From Chrysomallon squamiferum (lineage: Eukaryota; Animalia; Mollusca): a stretch of 64,000 nt of DNA. Under the pieces are notes generated by a model. It searched no databases and had not been told where the DNA came from. It was given only the letters and a program-made list of their open reading frames with translations. Of the stretch, positions 30,574-46,063 are shown in pieces (positions within the stretch are counted from its first letter, which is position 1; each line of letters opens with the position of its first letter). Location of the stretch: assembly GCA_012295275.1 (NCBI GenBank), contig CM022674.1, forward strand, positions 3,348,001-3,412,000, in the 5' to 3' direction. A program made the translations under genes and the position numbers.

Positions 30574-30835
30574 TAAGCAAATTCCCAGAAAAAAAAAAAA
30601 GTTGAAACAGAGACCTCGGTAAAATAATTATACAGAGGAACGCCACGTTGATGAGAATAGATCTCGTTTCCTACCCCACTTCGGATACATGTTTTAACCG
30701 TCCAGCTGTGATCTGTCATTATAATATATACAACACATACATAATACAGTAATAATTCTTTATTACAAACTAATATTTTTTTTCCAATGTTTTTTCTTTA
30801 CGATTTTTAATTTTTACTATGTTTTTTATTTTATT

Positions 30836-30888
<53 letters not shown>

Positions 30889-30903
30889 TTAAGATCATCA
30901 TCA

Positions 30904-30965
<62 letters not shown>

Positions 30966-31029
30966 GTTATTATTATTATTATTATTATTATTGTTATTCC
31001 ATCTATGGTTAGGTTAAGACAAATGTGTT

Positions 31030-31180
31030 TCCAAATTCTCGATCCCCACAGCGGGAGTCCTGATTTTCTTTTCTTAACAACATTGAAAATCACAGAAAAT
31101 GGAAATCCACGGCGATCACAACGTCGTTTTATTACTTTCTACTGATTCGGTAATTGCGGCCAAAGTCCCCTGTTGATAGT
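31030..31180 (+). repeat. Old dispersed repeat; inverted copy at about 24490-24595
   Basis: Shared motif order gatcccc..tcttaacaa..gaaaatggaaat..caaagtccc. Confidence 0.45.
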
Positions 31181-31330
31181 ACAATTATTTTCTCTCTGTC
31201 TATTACTTTGTCGCATCATTGTTTTGTGCGAGAGCTGTTTTTTTTGGTCATGCCTTTATTAAAGCAATACCACAGAAGTAAAAAAATGGCATGGTTCATA
31301 AGTAACCGCCTAGCATATGATAGCGAGAAA

Positions 31331-31371
<41 letters not shown>

Positions 31372-31769
31372 AATGTGCGTGTGCATGTGTGTGTGTTATT
31401 TTGCAGCCATCGCCTCCTCACACTCCACCGACCACGCCTTATTCCTTATTCGAGTGACGAATTTCCCAGACAGACACTTCTTGTAAGCACAAGGGCTTGA
31501 CTAAGTCTGTTTCAAAGACTCTGTCAGACTTGGTGTAGTCGGAACGTGAAGGAAAAGCATCGTATGGCAAGAGCTATTTCAATTCTGTCCTCAGAGATTG
31601 CAGGAGATCAACCACAGACATATACTGTAGCCACAACTACCGTATACAGTGACCAAACTGAACTGATATTGGGTAGATATCATGAAAACTATACCTAGTA
31701 CAAGTACAAGAACGATTCGATTCTAAGCCTTGCGTTCTCTGTTCTACACTGACAAATTGTGGCGACTTC

Positions 31770-32117
31770 AAGTTCAGCTGACTTTACCAAGGAAAACATC
31801 CGAGAAAACGAAAAAGAAAAGGTTCAGGCAGAGATACCATGGCTTACCAGATTTTGGTCAGTGACGTCATAAAGCTATGACGTCACACAAACATAGCAAT
31901 GCGTATTTCAGTTCCTTTATGACACTTTCCTTTTACTAAATAATACATTTAGGAGGTCAAGGACAGACTGTTTAGAAGATAGTTGCCCTCAGAGGTTTTA
32001 CTTACGGCCATTTTGAATTTAATTAAATTACGACAATTTCTTTGGCCAGATTTTGTCCAAACTTGAAATGAACTTTTAGATTGATCCCTCCCCTGATAAG
32101 AAGCAATTATTAAGACA

Positions 32118-32172
<55 letters not shown>

Positions 32173-32240
32173 AAAATAAAAATAATAGCGATTATTTCAA
32201 GGTTAAGCTGCTTATTGCATATCTCAACTAGTCTAACTAA
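31770..32240. repeat. Direct repeat, copy 1 (~450 bp), with a tandem CRE pair
   Basis: Highly similar to 34833-35275; TGACGTCA at 31862 and 31878. Confidence 0.88.
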
Positions 32241-32286
32241 TGCAATAATATGGCTGAAAACTAAACACTTAGATATATATATATAT

Positions 32287-32320
<34 letters not shown>

Positions 32321-32407
32321 TCATTAACCAAATATGTTCCGAAAACAATATTGATAAAGATAATAATAATAAACATAATACTAATACTAATACTACTAAT
32401 AATAATA

Positions 32408-32442
<35 letters not shown>

Positions 32443-32591
32443 AATGACGATGATCATCATCATGATCAGAAGAAAAAAAACCAACACTAATTACTATTAG
32501 GTAGACAGACACGAAGATAGTTAAATTTTATTTAATAAAAGTAATCCGAAAATGTGATAAAAGTTATGATCATGATGTTGGTTACAATACA

Positions 32592-32652
<61 letters not shown>

Positions 32653-32744
32653 GTAGTAGTAGTAGTAGTAGTAGTAGTAACGATAATACTAATAACAACA
32701 ATATTAATAATATTAATACTAATAAAAAATACTACTACTACTAC

Positions 32745-32830
<86 letters not shown>

Positions 32831-32839
32831 TCTACTCAC

Positions 32840-32956
32840 GGCCTTATTGTCGAATCGTGTGCTGTCGAAGTCAGGGGAATCACCAATAGCTGAAACACGG
32901 GCAACAAGACACGCAATACCAACGAAGACAAAAAACAACATTCTCATTTTCCACAT
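32840..32956 (-). CDS. Signal-peptide exon, probable first coding exon of gene B (MWKMRMLFFVFVGIACLVARVSA + IGDSPDFDSTRFDNKA)
   Basis: aaaccATG context, basic n-region, hydrophobic core, V-S-A cleavage site, phase-0 donor GCC|gtgagt. Joins in frame to the 19368 exon across a 13.5-kb intron (94-aa precursor). The junction DNKALTEYL resembles the ALxxYL motif of arthropod AstCCC pro-regions. Confidence 0.72.
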
Positions 32957-33346
32957 GGTTTAGTGACAAAATTCGTCCTGGCTAATGCGGCTGGTGTTTT
33001 AGACCGAAAATATTTTCTTCACGAGAAAGAAAAGAAAAAAGTTTAGCCCGTATTAATTATATTCTCTTTCGGTTTAGCGAATTACAGATGAGCAGTGTCT
33101 GCGTGTTCCTGGAAAGAAATACGTTGCAGAGTTAGTGGGAAGAAATAAAGCATACATATATATACACATGCACGCTGGTGTCGCGAATAATGATAGTGAG
33201 AAAAGCAGTTTTGGTTGGCTGTAAGAAGCGATCGATGTAGAAAATAAGACAAATGGTGATTTCGAAGGAGTAAGAGAGGGTTTCTTACAGCCTGCGTGCG
33301 TTTGCAAATATTCACAGTCTGATGGCTAATTTTTTTTTTTTTTTTT

Positions 33347-33379
<33 letters not shown>

Positions 33380-34832
33380 TGGAAGATGTTGAAGAATGAA
33401 AGTTTTGTCATCAGTTAAAATAAAATGAAATAATATAATAATAAAATATAATAATAATAATAATGATGATGATGATGATGATGATGATAATAATAATGAT
33501 GATGATGATGATAATAATAATAATGATAATAATAATTATGATAATAATGATGATGATAATAATACTACTAATAATAATAATAATGATGATGATGATAATA
33601 CTACTACTACTACTAATAATAATAATGATGATGGTAATAATGATAATAATAATGATGATGATGATGATGATAATAATAAAAAAAATAATAATGATGATAA
33701 TACTAATATAATATATAATAATGATGATGATGATGATGATGATAATAATAATAATAATACTAATAATGATGATACTACTACTACTACTACTAATAATAAT
33801 AATAATGATAATAATAATAATAATGATGATGATGATGATGATGATAATAATAATAATAAGAGATAGGGGAAATAGGATGAACTGAACTGCCATACAATGG
33901 CGTATGTACGGATAGGTCTATGACTGAGTGAATGAATGAAAACCGTACTGAATGGAAAGATGAAAGAATGAACGAAGGAACCTACAGAATAGATGAGGGA
34001 ATATGAACGAATGATTGAATCTAATAAAAATAGGGATAAATAAAGGAAAAAAATGTTTTTAAAATTATCTGTTGCAGAAAAATAATTATTTTATTTTATT
34101 TTATTTTATTGTGCTTAGTAATTTAACAAGAAAAATGATTTGTCGTGATAAATACAGTATAATACTTTAATTTTGAGAATGTTTTTTAAAAGAAATAGGA
34201 CCAAGCTCATTTAGAAATCTTATTTTTATAAGATATTTTTAAAACGCCAAACATATTTCATACTAACGATATATTTGCAAAGGCAGACTTTCATTTTCTA
34301 TATCTGTTTATATACTGAATTTTAAGAAAAAAAAAAAAAGAAGAAAAAAAGAAAAAAGATGATGATGATGATGATGATGATGTAACGATGAAGAAAAAAA
34401 AGAAGAAGAAAAGAAGTTGATGATTATGATAATGATGATGAAAAAATGATGATGAAAAAAAAGAGAACGATAATGAAAAGAAAAAAAAGAAAACGATGAT
34501 AATGATTATGATTATGATGAAAAAGAGATGATGAAATAAAAGAAAGGAAAAATGATGATGATGATGAAGATAAAAAAAAAGAGATTGAAGATTGACCATG
34601 AAGAAAACAAGAATGATGAAAGAATAAAAAAGATTGATTATGATGATTATGATGATGAAATAAGATAAACGTGACAAAGAAGTAGAAGAAAAGAAAATCA
34701 CGATGAAGAAGAAGATGGAAAGAGGATGGTAATCATAAACATGATAAGAAGAAGAAGATGATGATAATTATGAAGAAGAAGAGAAAAAGAAGAAAATGAA
34801 AATGATAGTGATGATGATGATGATGATGATGT

Positions 34833-35275
34833 AAGTTCATCTGACTTACCAAGGAAAACACCCGATAAAACGAAACGAAAAGGTTCTGGCTTACCTGATT
34901 TTGGTCAGTGACGTCATAAAGCTATGACGTCACACAAATACTCCGAAGCGTATTTCAGTTCCTTTATGACACTTTCCTGTTTACTAAATAATACATTTAG
35001 GAGGTCAAGGACAGACTGTTTAGAAGATAGTTGTCCTCAGATGTTTTACTTACGGCCATTTTGAATTTAAGTAAATTACAGTTTCTTTGGCCAGATTTTG
35101 TCCGAACTTGGAATGAACTTTCAGACTGATCCTTCCCCTAATAAGAAGCAATTTTATTTTACCAAAAAAAAAAAAAAAAAAAAAAAAAAATAAATAAATA
35201 AATAAATAAAAAATAAAAATAAAAACGATTTGTTCAAGGTAAAGCTGCTTATTGCATATTTCAACTAGTCTAACT
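34833..35275. repeat. Direct repeat, copy 2 (~450 bp), with a tandem CRE pair
   Basis: Highly similar to 31770-32240; TGACGTCA at 34909 and 34925. Confidence 0.88.
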
Positions 35276-35426
35276 CTAAGAAATATAAGAATACTAACTG
35301 TAGAAACAAATCATTATTCTGATATCAGGATCTGACTTGTGCAATCACCTCCGTATTTTCCGGTAATTAGCTATTAAAATGTATCAACTGTCACTGTAAT
35401 GAATTTGATGTGATTTGACGGGGGGG

Positions 35427-35502
<76 letters not shown>

Positions 35503-35650
35503 GTAAGTGTGTGTGTGTGAAACTCTATTTACGTATTCATGTCTTTGCTCTGTATTTGATTATCTTGAGGCACTGACAAACAAAACACCATTGTCGTAAC
35601 ATATCATTTAATGTTTGTTCCGATATTTTGCTCTGATAGTCTTGATTTTA

Positions 35651-35704
<54 letters not shown>

Positions 35705-35987
35705 CCAGTAATAATTTTTTTTGTATGAGTAAACATTTATTAAAGGTTAAGTAGTAATGAAAGTGCTCGTTTATTTTATGTTTTTGTTTTTTTTCAGTTC
35801 TTGTATTCTTGTTAGACAACCATTATTAGCAAAACGATCACTCTGTTTGTACGTGATTTTTTTATTGACAGAAAATAAAAACAAAAAATAAAAAAAGAGA
35901 TTCATTATTTTCATATTATTCCTGACTTTACCATGTTATTTCCCAAATATTATATGGTGTTGTTCTTGCTTTTATTATTATTATTAT

Positions 35988-36045
<58 letters not shown>

Positions 36046-36047
36046 GT

Positions 36048-36079
<32 letters not shown>

Positions 36080-36296
36080 GAACTCCTACTACTACTGTTA
36101 TTACTGCTGCTACTACTACTACTACAACTACTACTATATTTTTTTCCCGCTATCAATAATATTGTGAACAGAAACTGAGAACAGAAATTAGTTTAATTAA
36201 TGATAAACAGATAATTCTCAATTAAAAGTCATCGACTTCTGACTGTATCCATGTAAAATTGTGCGCTCGGAAAGATAGATAGATAGATAGATAGAT

Positions 36297-36335
<39 letters not shown>

Positions 36336-36442
36336 TAGACAGACAGACAGACAGACAGATAGATAGACAGACAGACAGATAGATAGATAGATAGATAGAT
36401 AGACAGATAGACAGATAAATAGACAGACAGTCAGACAGATAA

Positions 36443-36483
<41 letters not shown>

Positions 36484-36873
36484 TAGATAGATAGATAGAT
36501 ACATACATACATACATACATACATAGATAAATGCAGCGAAATAACTCAAAACTAAACAGTTTTTGAACCGAGTAGAAAGTGAGTTCGAGAGGTTTCACAG
36601 TCAGATACTTGACAGCTCACGAGAATTCAGAAATACGTCGGTTTCAGGATAATTATGACTCAGTGAGAGATCGCTACGGAGAAATTTCACCTCTAATAAA
36701 AAAAAAAAGTTAGTATTAAATAAACAAACAAACAAACAAACAAACAAACAAATAAACAAATAAATAAATAAATAAATATATAAATAAATAAATATGCAAA
36801 CTAACAAATAAACAAATAGATAAATTAATATATAAGCAATATATATATATATATATATATATATGATAGTAAC

Positions 36874-36950
36874 CAGTGTCGGATTAACCTAACAGCGAAA
36901 GTAGCGTATTCTAAGAGCTCCGCATTTCCGAGGGGGCCTCATTATCGAGG
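36874..36950 (+). mobile_element. Possible terminal fragment of a hAT-type MITE
   Basis: cagtgtcggattaacc resembles CAGGGCCGGATTAAC hAT-like termini; no clear second TIR or TSD. Confidence 0.25.
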
Positions 36951-38129
36951 GCGATGCTGTGAATAATTGCAAGCTGTCTGGTGAAACTGACCTCTCACAG
37001 TCTGCAAGCTTTGTTGTTCACAAGTGAGGAAAGATTCATCTTTAATTATTCATCAGTCCGGGTAACATTATATAGAGTCCGTTAAATCTCCTCAGTCTTT
37101 ATTGATAATTTGATACACCTGCTTTGATTTTTCTTCTTTATTTTTTTTTTTTTTTTTTTTTTTTAGGGGGCTTTGAATAATTGGTTTTGTTGTTTTCGCC
37201 CGATAATGTCAAACAAAATAAAATAAAGAAAGACGAAGGGAAAACGCTTACTATTAAATTTAAGTGCATGTTTATCGACCAGTTTGATGTTTTCATCGGT
37301 TTTGGCATTTTGCCCGCTTATGAAAAATTTATTTCTAGATGTGAATTCTTATTTTTTTAAAGAAAGCCATCCGTCAAAAAATAATAACTTTTGAAAACAT
37401 CGTGTGATACATATTCTGAAAACTGAACAGCTGCTAAGTTGACATTTCCAGTTAAGAAAAAAAAAACCAGATTCCATCAGAGTATCTACAATTCTTCTGT
37501 CAGTGCTGTGACATAGATCTGAATCTGAGTATGAGTGTGTTTTGTATGCTTTTGAGCTTGATAACGTCCTTTCATGTTGTCTTTTAGTTGTTGTTGTTGT
37601 TGTTGTTGTTGTTATTATTATTACTATTTTATCATTATTATGATTATTATTATTAGTACTAGTAGTAGTAGTAGTAGTATCATCATCATCATTATTATTA
37701 TTAATGCATACCTTATTATTATTGTTATCATCAGCATCATCATTATTATTAATGCATAGATTATTATTGTTATTGTTGTTGTTGTTGTTGTTGTTGTGAT
37801 TCTTGTTGTTATTGCTACTATTAGTAGTTATAGCAATTGCAACAATATTATATTTGTATTAGCTATAGTATTGACAGTAATAGTAAAAGTAGAAGTAATT
37901 GTTGGTGTAGTTGTTGTTATTTTAGTAGCAATAGCTGCAACGATAGTCATATAGGTGGCATTAGTAGTAGCAGTTATAGTAGTAGTGGTGGTCACCGTGG
38001 TGGTAGTAATATTAGCAGCAACAGCTGCATCAGTTTTAATAGCAATAGACGTAGTAATCACAGTTGTTGTTTTAGTAGCGGTATTAGAGTTGTGGTGTTG
38101 GTAGTAGCAGTAGTAGTATAACAATAGCA

Positions 38130-38622
38130 GATACAGTAATAATTGTAGTAGCATTAGTAGTAATAGTAATAGTAGTAGTAGTAACAGTAGTGGTAATAGG
38201 TATAATAGTAGTAATAGTAGTAGTAATAGTAATAGTAGTAGTAGTAACAATAGTGGTAATAGTAATAATAATAGTAGTAGTAGTAGTGGAAGTAGTAATA
38301 GAAGTAGTAGTAGTAGTAGTAGTAATAGTAGTAGTAATAGTAATAGTAGTAGTAGTAGTAACAGTAGTAGTAATAGTAGTAGTAGTAATAGTAATAATAG
38401 TAGTAGTAATAGTAGTAGTAGTAGTAGTGATAGTAGTAGTACTAGAAGTAATAGTAATAGTAGTAGTAGTAATAGTAGTAGTAATAGTAGTAGTAGTAAC
38501 AGTAGTGGTAATAGTAATAATAGTAGTAGTAGTAATAACAATAGTAGTAGTAGTAGCAGTAATAGTAATAGTAGTAGTAGTAGTAGTAGTAGTGGTAATA
38601 GTAATGATAGTAGTAGTAGTAA

Positions 38623-38660
<38 letters not shown>

Positions 38661-38694
38661 ATAGTAATAGTAGTAGTAGTAACAGTAGTGGTAA

Positions 38695-38744
<50 letters not shown>

Positions 38745-38760
38745 ATAGTGACAGCAGTAG
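38130..38760. repeat. Long imperfect (TAG/TAA)n microsatellite, representative of the many (AG)n, (AC)n, (AT)n, (AAT)n, (ACT)n, (AGAT)n and (AAAT)n tracts across the window
   Basis: Directly visible; these tracts account for nearly all low-complexity ORFs in the track. Confidence 0.95.
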
Positions 38761-39319
38761 CAGCTTCAGTGTATCACCATCATCATTAGCAGTAATAGTA
38801 AAAATAGTAAAAGCAAAAATCAGTATAAAACCGGACTAGCAACTACAGTGGTCAATCCGTGACGATCACTCGTCTTGTTGATAGAAACAGTTTCGTAATA
38901 TTAACCCAACTCCACGCTGTCGCTTGTTCCTTGACAAACTGGCAACTTCTAACCTTCTCAGTTTCAGCTGTCAAAATTCTACACGGTCGGAAACAGTTAG
39001 CAATACGTCACGGGAAATGCAGTTACCCTAGACGAGAAATAGCGATGAAAAACGAAGCAATTCAAACATAACTGCACAGTGTAACATTATCGACGGTTAG
39101 AAAAAAAGAACAGAAAAAACAACAAGAACAAAAAAAAGAAAAACGGTCTCCAGGCATTTTATTAGGGTATGTGAAAAGAGTTTATTTGTCGTTTTAATAA
39201 TGTCACACAAATAACGGGAATTTGATTTAAGCACGAAAAAACAAAAACAAAAAAAAACGTAAAAGATCAGTCATTCAGCGATTCGATGACTTGACTGTCT
39301 GACTATTACAGTAATTGAT

Positions 39320-39475
39320 TTAGTGACTGACTTAGAATACGTTACTGACTTACTATTAGAATACGTTACTGACTGACTATTAGAATACGTTACTGACTGA
39401 CAATTAGAATACGTTACTGACTGACAATTAGAATACGTTACTGACTGACTATTAGAATACGTTACTGACTGACAG
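39320..39475. repeat. 24-bp minisatellite, about 6 copies
   Basis: (tagaatacgttactgactgacwat)n. Confidence 0.9.
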
Positions 39476-40232
39476 CTTATTAACATAACTAAATGACTAA
39501 TTCATCGTTTGACTAATGGCTGAGTGGCTCTTGCAATAACTGACTGTCTGTCTGTCTGTCTGATTATTATAATACTTTACTGAATCTCTTAATGACTCAC
39601 TATTACTGTAACAGACTAAATTACTGATTAACTCTCTCTCTCTCGCTGATATATTCGCACCCACACAAATATAACCACACAGTCAAACAAACACACCCTG
39701 ACTGACTGCGCATATACATTCACTGACAAACGCACAGACAAAAACATACGTTTACCCACACACGCGCGAAAACACACAACGCACTCATTCACCCAGACGA
39801 ACACACACACACACACATACGTTCACACCATCGACACCAACAACTGACGACATTGTCTTTACAGCTAGCGTGAAACTCATTAATGAAAAAAATAAAAAAA
39901 ATAATAATAATAATGACTACAATTCGCCAGCACACACAAGAACCAGCGTGTAAAATACTCATGGAATTGTTAATATCTCGGCGAATTACTCCGCAATCTG
40001 AACGACCATGCCGAACCAGCGACAGACGACAACCCGCTTAATTCCGAATTAAGTGCACTTCCACCGCTGCCCTTTTTTAACTACTGTCAGTACCGTGCTG
40101 TACGTACACGAAGGTGACATAGGTTTACTTAGACGTTTATGTTTTCCCCGTCTTCTAGCGGAGCTAATAAAGACGAGGACGGTTTTTGTTTAGTGTCGGT
40201 CGGTGTTCAATGAACGAATAAATCCCAATTAC

Positions 40233-40467
40233 CAGACACTTGGCTGACATGCTGGTACGACAAACTGAGCTGTAATTTCCGACGTTGCTGACGGTTGCCG
40301 TAAGTAAGTGAAATATGCATCGTGTTTCGCTCGGACCATTCACTTCAACGAACGCAGCGACGGCATCCTGATTATTGGCATTTAATTTTTCCAATAGCTA
40401 TCCGTTAAGCAGTTTTCGTTACTTGTTCAGCTCACTGCGCGTTCAGTTTGTTTATAGAACGACGTCA
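40233..40467 (-). promoter_or_regulatory. Candidate core promoter and non-coding exon 1 of gene B
   Basis: On the minus strand: TGACGTCG (40467-40460), TATAAA (40456-40451), CpG-rich unique sequence, then donor ctg|gtaatt just below 40233. Confidence 0.35.
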
Positions 40468-40567
40468 GATTAGTGTCTGTTTCTGTGTGTGTGTGTGTGT
40501 GTGTGGTAAGGAAAGATAACTCCGTGCTTATTTGTGATAGTAGCCCATGGAGGTGGTGTCTTAATAA

Positions 40568-40623
<56 letters not shown>

Positions 40624-40674
40624 ATCTTAATAGCATACTACTACGACAACTAATAATAATAGGAATAGTAGTAA

Positions 40675-40711
<37 letters not shown>

Positions 40712-40763
40712 GGTAGTAGTTATAATGTTAATAGCATACTGATACTAGTACCTCTACTACTAC

Positions 40764-40804
<41 letters not shown>

Positions 40805-40945
40805 GGTGTCGTATGAGGAGTAGTAATAGCAGTAGTAGTAGTAGTGTGAGCAAGGTAATAATCATGTTAATAGGATAATGACGATGATGATGATGATGAT
40901 GATGACAATAATAATAATAATTTTTTTTTATAATAATAATAATAA

Positions 40946-40976
<31 letters not shown>

Positions 40977-41962
40977 AAGAAGAAGAAGAAGAAGAAGAAG
41001 AAGAAGAAGCAGAAGAAGAAGACTGATAAACTGGTCTGTGTAACTGTCTATCAGTCTACCTGTATATCTGACAATCTCTCTATAAATACTTCTATTGCTA
41101 CTATTCTTGCTACTGCTATCAGTACCATTGTTACCACTGTTATTACTTTTACTGTCAGTTCTATTAATTACCGCTGTTCTTATTATATTATTTTTATTAT
41201 TATTACATTACTACTACTATTACTACTATTATTACAACTATTACCACTATTACTTTTACTACTACTTCAATTATCACTATTGCTACTACTACAACTACTA
41301 TCATTACTGCTACTATTAAAAGTACAATTACTATTACTAAAGCTATTATTATTACGACTACTGCTATTATTACTATCATTATTAATATTAGTATTACTAC
41401 GCCTGTGTTTCTTGTTTTTTTGTCACAATATCAAAAACGTCATTTTACTATTTATGACGTCACGAAACGCGTATAACTCTTTTATTTTGGGAAAACAAAG
41501 AAACAAAGCAGTAAAATAATTTTTTCGAACCGAAAAACCAGATAAGTTAGATTAAATTCACGCTGTATTTTATCTACTAACCACACGAATGCTAAAACGA
41601 CTGACAACTGAAGAAAACGTTTTGCGTGATAATTTCGTGGATTACGTTACGATAATATAACAGGGATGTTTATGTATTATTATTATTTTTTTTTTTTTCA
41701 TTGCGTCCATGCTTGCTATAGAAAATATGATATCTCGAACGTGTAGCATATACAGACAAATAAACAGAGACTGGGTTTCAAATCTGTGTGATGTTTGCAT
41801 AGAAATCGTAGCGGCGACTGAAAACAGATCGTTAGGTTCATCGGAAACCAGCGATGATGAAACAAATACGGAACATTTTCGTTTCGTCGCATGGGAAGTA
41901 ATCTATTCAGTCACCGTACTTTAAGGTTTTACGGTAAGAGAATTACGTTATTGAAAAACTCT

Positions 41963-42070
41963 ACGTATTCTCACGTTTTACTGTATGAGAACTAAGCTGT
42001 AGAAATAACGTATTCTCACGTTTTACTGTATGAGAACTAAAGTGTAGAAATAATGTATTCTCACGTTTTT
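41963..42070. repeat. 45-bp tandem repeat, about 2.4 copies
   Basis: acgtattctcacgtttt at 41963 and 42008, variant at 42053. Confidence 0.85.
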
Positions 42071-42201
42071 CTGTTCTTATTAGTACTAAATATACAATTT
42101 CGAAAATATTTTCATTGGTACACAAAAAACACACAGGGATAAATACTGACTCTTACGTTCTGTCATTCTTACTGTCATGTTTTCTTTTCTACTTTTATTT
42201 A

Positions 42202-42269
<68 letters not shown>

Positions 42270-42825
42270 TATCTCTCTTTCTCTGTGCCTCTTTCGAAAA
42301 TTAAAAGAGAGAACAAGCATGAAAATAAATAAATAAATACAAACAAAACATTTTTCAATAAATGACAAAATATAATAGTCTTTCCAACATTTTTTTCTTG
42401 ACGAGCAGAATCGATTTATTCAATACTATTCAGTGTTTGATGATTTATTTATATGTGAAAGTTAGTAATGTCGTTAAGCCTTGAATTAAAATAAATTATT
42501 TAATATTTATGTGTATTGATTTCAGTGTCGGTTCAGCTATCTTCTATCTTTTTGACAGTGAATTTATCTGTTTAAGACAGTTTATTATTACTCTTATTAA
42601 TAGTAGTAGTAGTAGCAGCAGTAGTAATGGTAGTAGAATTAGTGATAATAGTATTACTAGCATTAGCAGTAGCAATAGTAGTAGTAATAGTAGTAGTAGT
42701 AGTAGTAGTAGTAGTAGAAACAGTACAAGCTGTAGTACTATTTTATTTACTTACTTATTTATTTCTATCTGTTTATTTCTGAAGTTAATGTGTACAGCTA
42801 TTGCTTATATTTTATAACGAAAGAA

Positions 42826-42859
<34 letters not shown>

Positions 42860-43015
42860 TGATGATGATGATGATAATGATAATAATAATAATAATAATG
42901 CTTTATTTAAAACGCTCAATAATTATGATATGAAAAGAGACAGACAGACAGACGTAGACAGTGAGAAAGAAATTAAACGGAAGGAAAATAAAAAGAGTAA
43001 GAACGAAAGAGGATA

Positions 43016-43130
<115 letters not shown>

Positions 43131-43181
43131 ATGTCATATTCTGAATGCATTATCACCAAATATAAACTATAGTTGTTGTTT

Positions 43182-43216
<35 letters not shown>

Positions 43217-44664
43217 CACCTTCTTGCTTTCTTTCTCTTTCACCTTCTTTCTTTCTTTCTTTTTATTTTTTTCTATTTTTTTTTCCTTCTAAAGAATCCG
43301 GTTTATAGATCCGGTTCAATTTGTATCACTGGATTATTCATCTTTGGAACTGAAACAGTAATTAACTGAAATAGAGTCACCTTAATCCTTTATTTATTCA
43401 AACGGAGAAGGCAAATCACAAATATTTAACAAACACAGCCACAAGATTAATTAAGTTTATCAAGGAAAAACCTCTAGATTTGTTTCCGTATCAATCTATC
43501 CTAGACTTTTGCTATTCAGCACATCATTGCTCATTTGATCAAAAGGTTCGAAAAAATCAGCAAGTATTGCCTGAATGATTTACGTTCGAGCATATTCAGT
43601 GTACTTATTATTTAACAAATACATTGATGACTGCGCTATTCAGTTAAGAGAGAGAAGACTACTGTCTTCTAAAAATCTTTGACAGTAAATATATCGCTGA
43701 CAGTCAATGGGAGAGCAATGGAAAAGACATAATTCCATGCAAATATCGATATATAGATATATGCATACTTACTTTCAAATACATAAATATATAACGAATT
43801 CGTTATGTTTGAATATATTACTTATTACTACTAGTAGTAATAATAATAATAGTTAAAAGAAAAGAAGAAGAAAAAGAAGAAGAAGAAGAGGAGCAAGAAC
43901 AAGAAGGGGAAAAAATTAAAAATGTTGTCTGTAAGAAATTACTGTTGGAATTTAGTGAAAGTTCTTATTTTAGAAAAAAAAAAGGGAGATAAATCATGTG
44001 ACCTGCGGTGTTGAATCGAACTCTCTAGCCAGTGAGGTGTATCCTACAATTTCCTGTCTCGCCCTGCGACATAACTCATAAGAAAAATAACAGTCGGCCA
44101 TTTGCACTGAACAAGAACACTACATTAAGACTGTGGAGAAATAACGACAATACGCAGGATATTAAAGTGTCATATTCATAACGAAACTGCGTCTTTCCGA
44201 CGAAACAAAAGACGAGACATCAAGGATTAACAGTCTGAAGAACAGATGTATGCATTCCTATCATGTCAGATAATGAAAAATCGTATAAAACTTGAATAAT
44301 AAGGATAGGACTATTATTATCATCATCATCATCATCATCATCATAATCATTATTAGTATTATTATTATTAATGAGACTTTATTAACAGATACATTTTTTT
44401 AAATTAGATTACTTTTTTATATTACTGTTACTTCTATTACTACTGCTAGTGTGACACCCCCTACTACAAACAATACTTAGCTTCTAATGTTATTACTGCT
44501 ACGACTACAACCATTATTACTAATTCTACTCTGGCTGTTTCTATTTTTATTTCTATCACTATGCTATTACTACAAGTGTTACGACTATATCTATTACTAC
44601 TAGTGAGAGGGAATTAAACTGCGAGGAAATATTTTGGTATAAACTACAAAAACAAATATATATA

Positions 44665-45010
<346 letters not shown>

Positions 45011-45271
45011 TATAAATTATGACACAATAAAACCAAATTGAAAATGTAAAATTATTTCGAGGATTTCCTTATACTCAGGTTTTCTTGACTTTTTGTACCA
45101 ATATGTGTACAGATTGAGTGATTGTTAATTTATAAAGAGTTACATGTATATATGTGTATGTGTATAAAAGTGTGTGTGTTTCTGTGTGTGTGTGTGTGCG
45201 TGCGTGTGTGTGTGCGTGATCTTTCTTAATAGTATTAAAGCAATATGTATTAAATAAAGACTGCAGACTGA

Positions 45272-45328
<57 letters not shown>

Positions 45329-45559
45329 CAACAACAACAAAAGACAACAACAACAAAAGAAAACAACAACAAGGATCATCACGTAAATGAATTACACTTA
45401 TTTCTATCTTAACCAGTTAAATATTTTAATTTATTTTGTAACCCTTTACATTAACCCTTTGTGATTTAAACTGGGTTATTGTGGATACAAAGAAAATAGG
45501 GACAGACTAAACATTAATATGTTTACTATTACTACAATTTCAACAACTACATCTACTAC

Positions 45560-45901
45560 TATCACTATTAATAATCTGTAACATTGTTATCACTATTACA
45601 AGTAGCACTAGCTGTAGTAGTAGTAACAATAATGCTGGTAGTAGTAATAGTGGTACTAGTAGCAGCATTAATTGTATAAGCAGTAACAGTAATAGTTGTA
45701 GTACTGATAATAGAAGCAGTAGTACACAAAAATATGATTATTTATTTATTGATTTATTTATTGATTTATTTATTTATTTATTGAAGGCAGACGACAATTT
45801 TGCTGTTATTGCTCTCTTTCATTCTTTCGTTCATTCATCTTACTTTATTTATACATAATTATTTATTTTCGTATAAAAACAGAATGTTTGAACTTCATAT
45901 T

Positions 45902-45950
<49 letters not shown>

Positions 45951-45980
45951 CATTATTATTATCATCATCATCATCATTAA

Positions 45981-46020
<40 letters not shown>

Positions 46021-46028
46021 ACTACTAC

Positions 46029-46063
<35 letters not shown>

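Noticed and set aside
43996-44106. Minus-strand MADCYFSYELCRR (C-x6-C) as a third AstC paralog
   Set aside because: No upstream basic site, no aromatic residue after the second Cys, not at the C-terminus.
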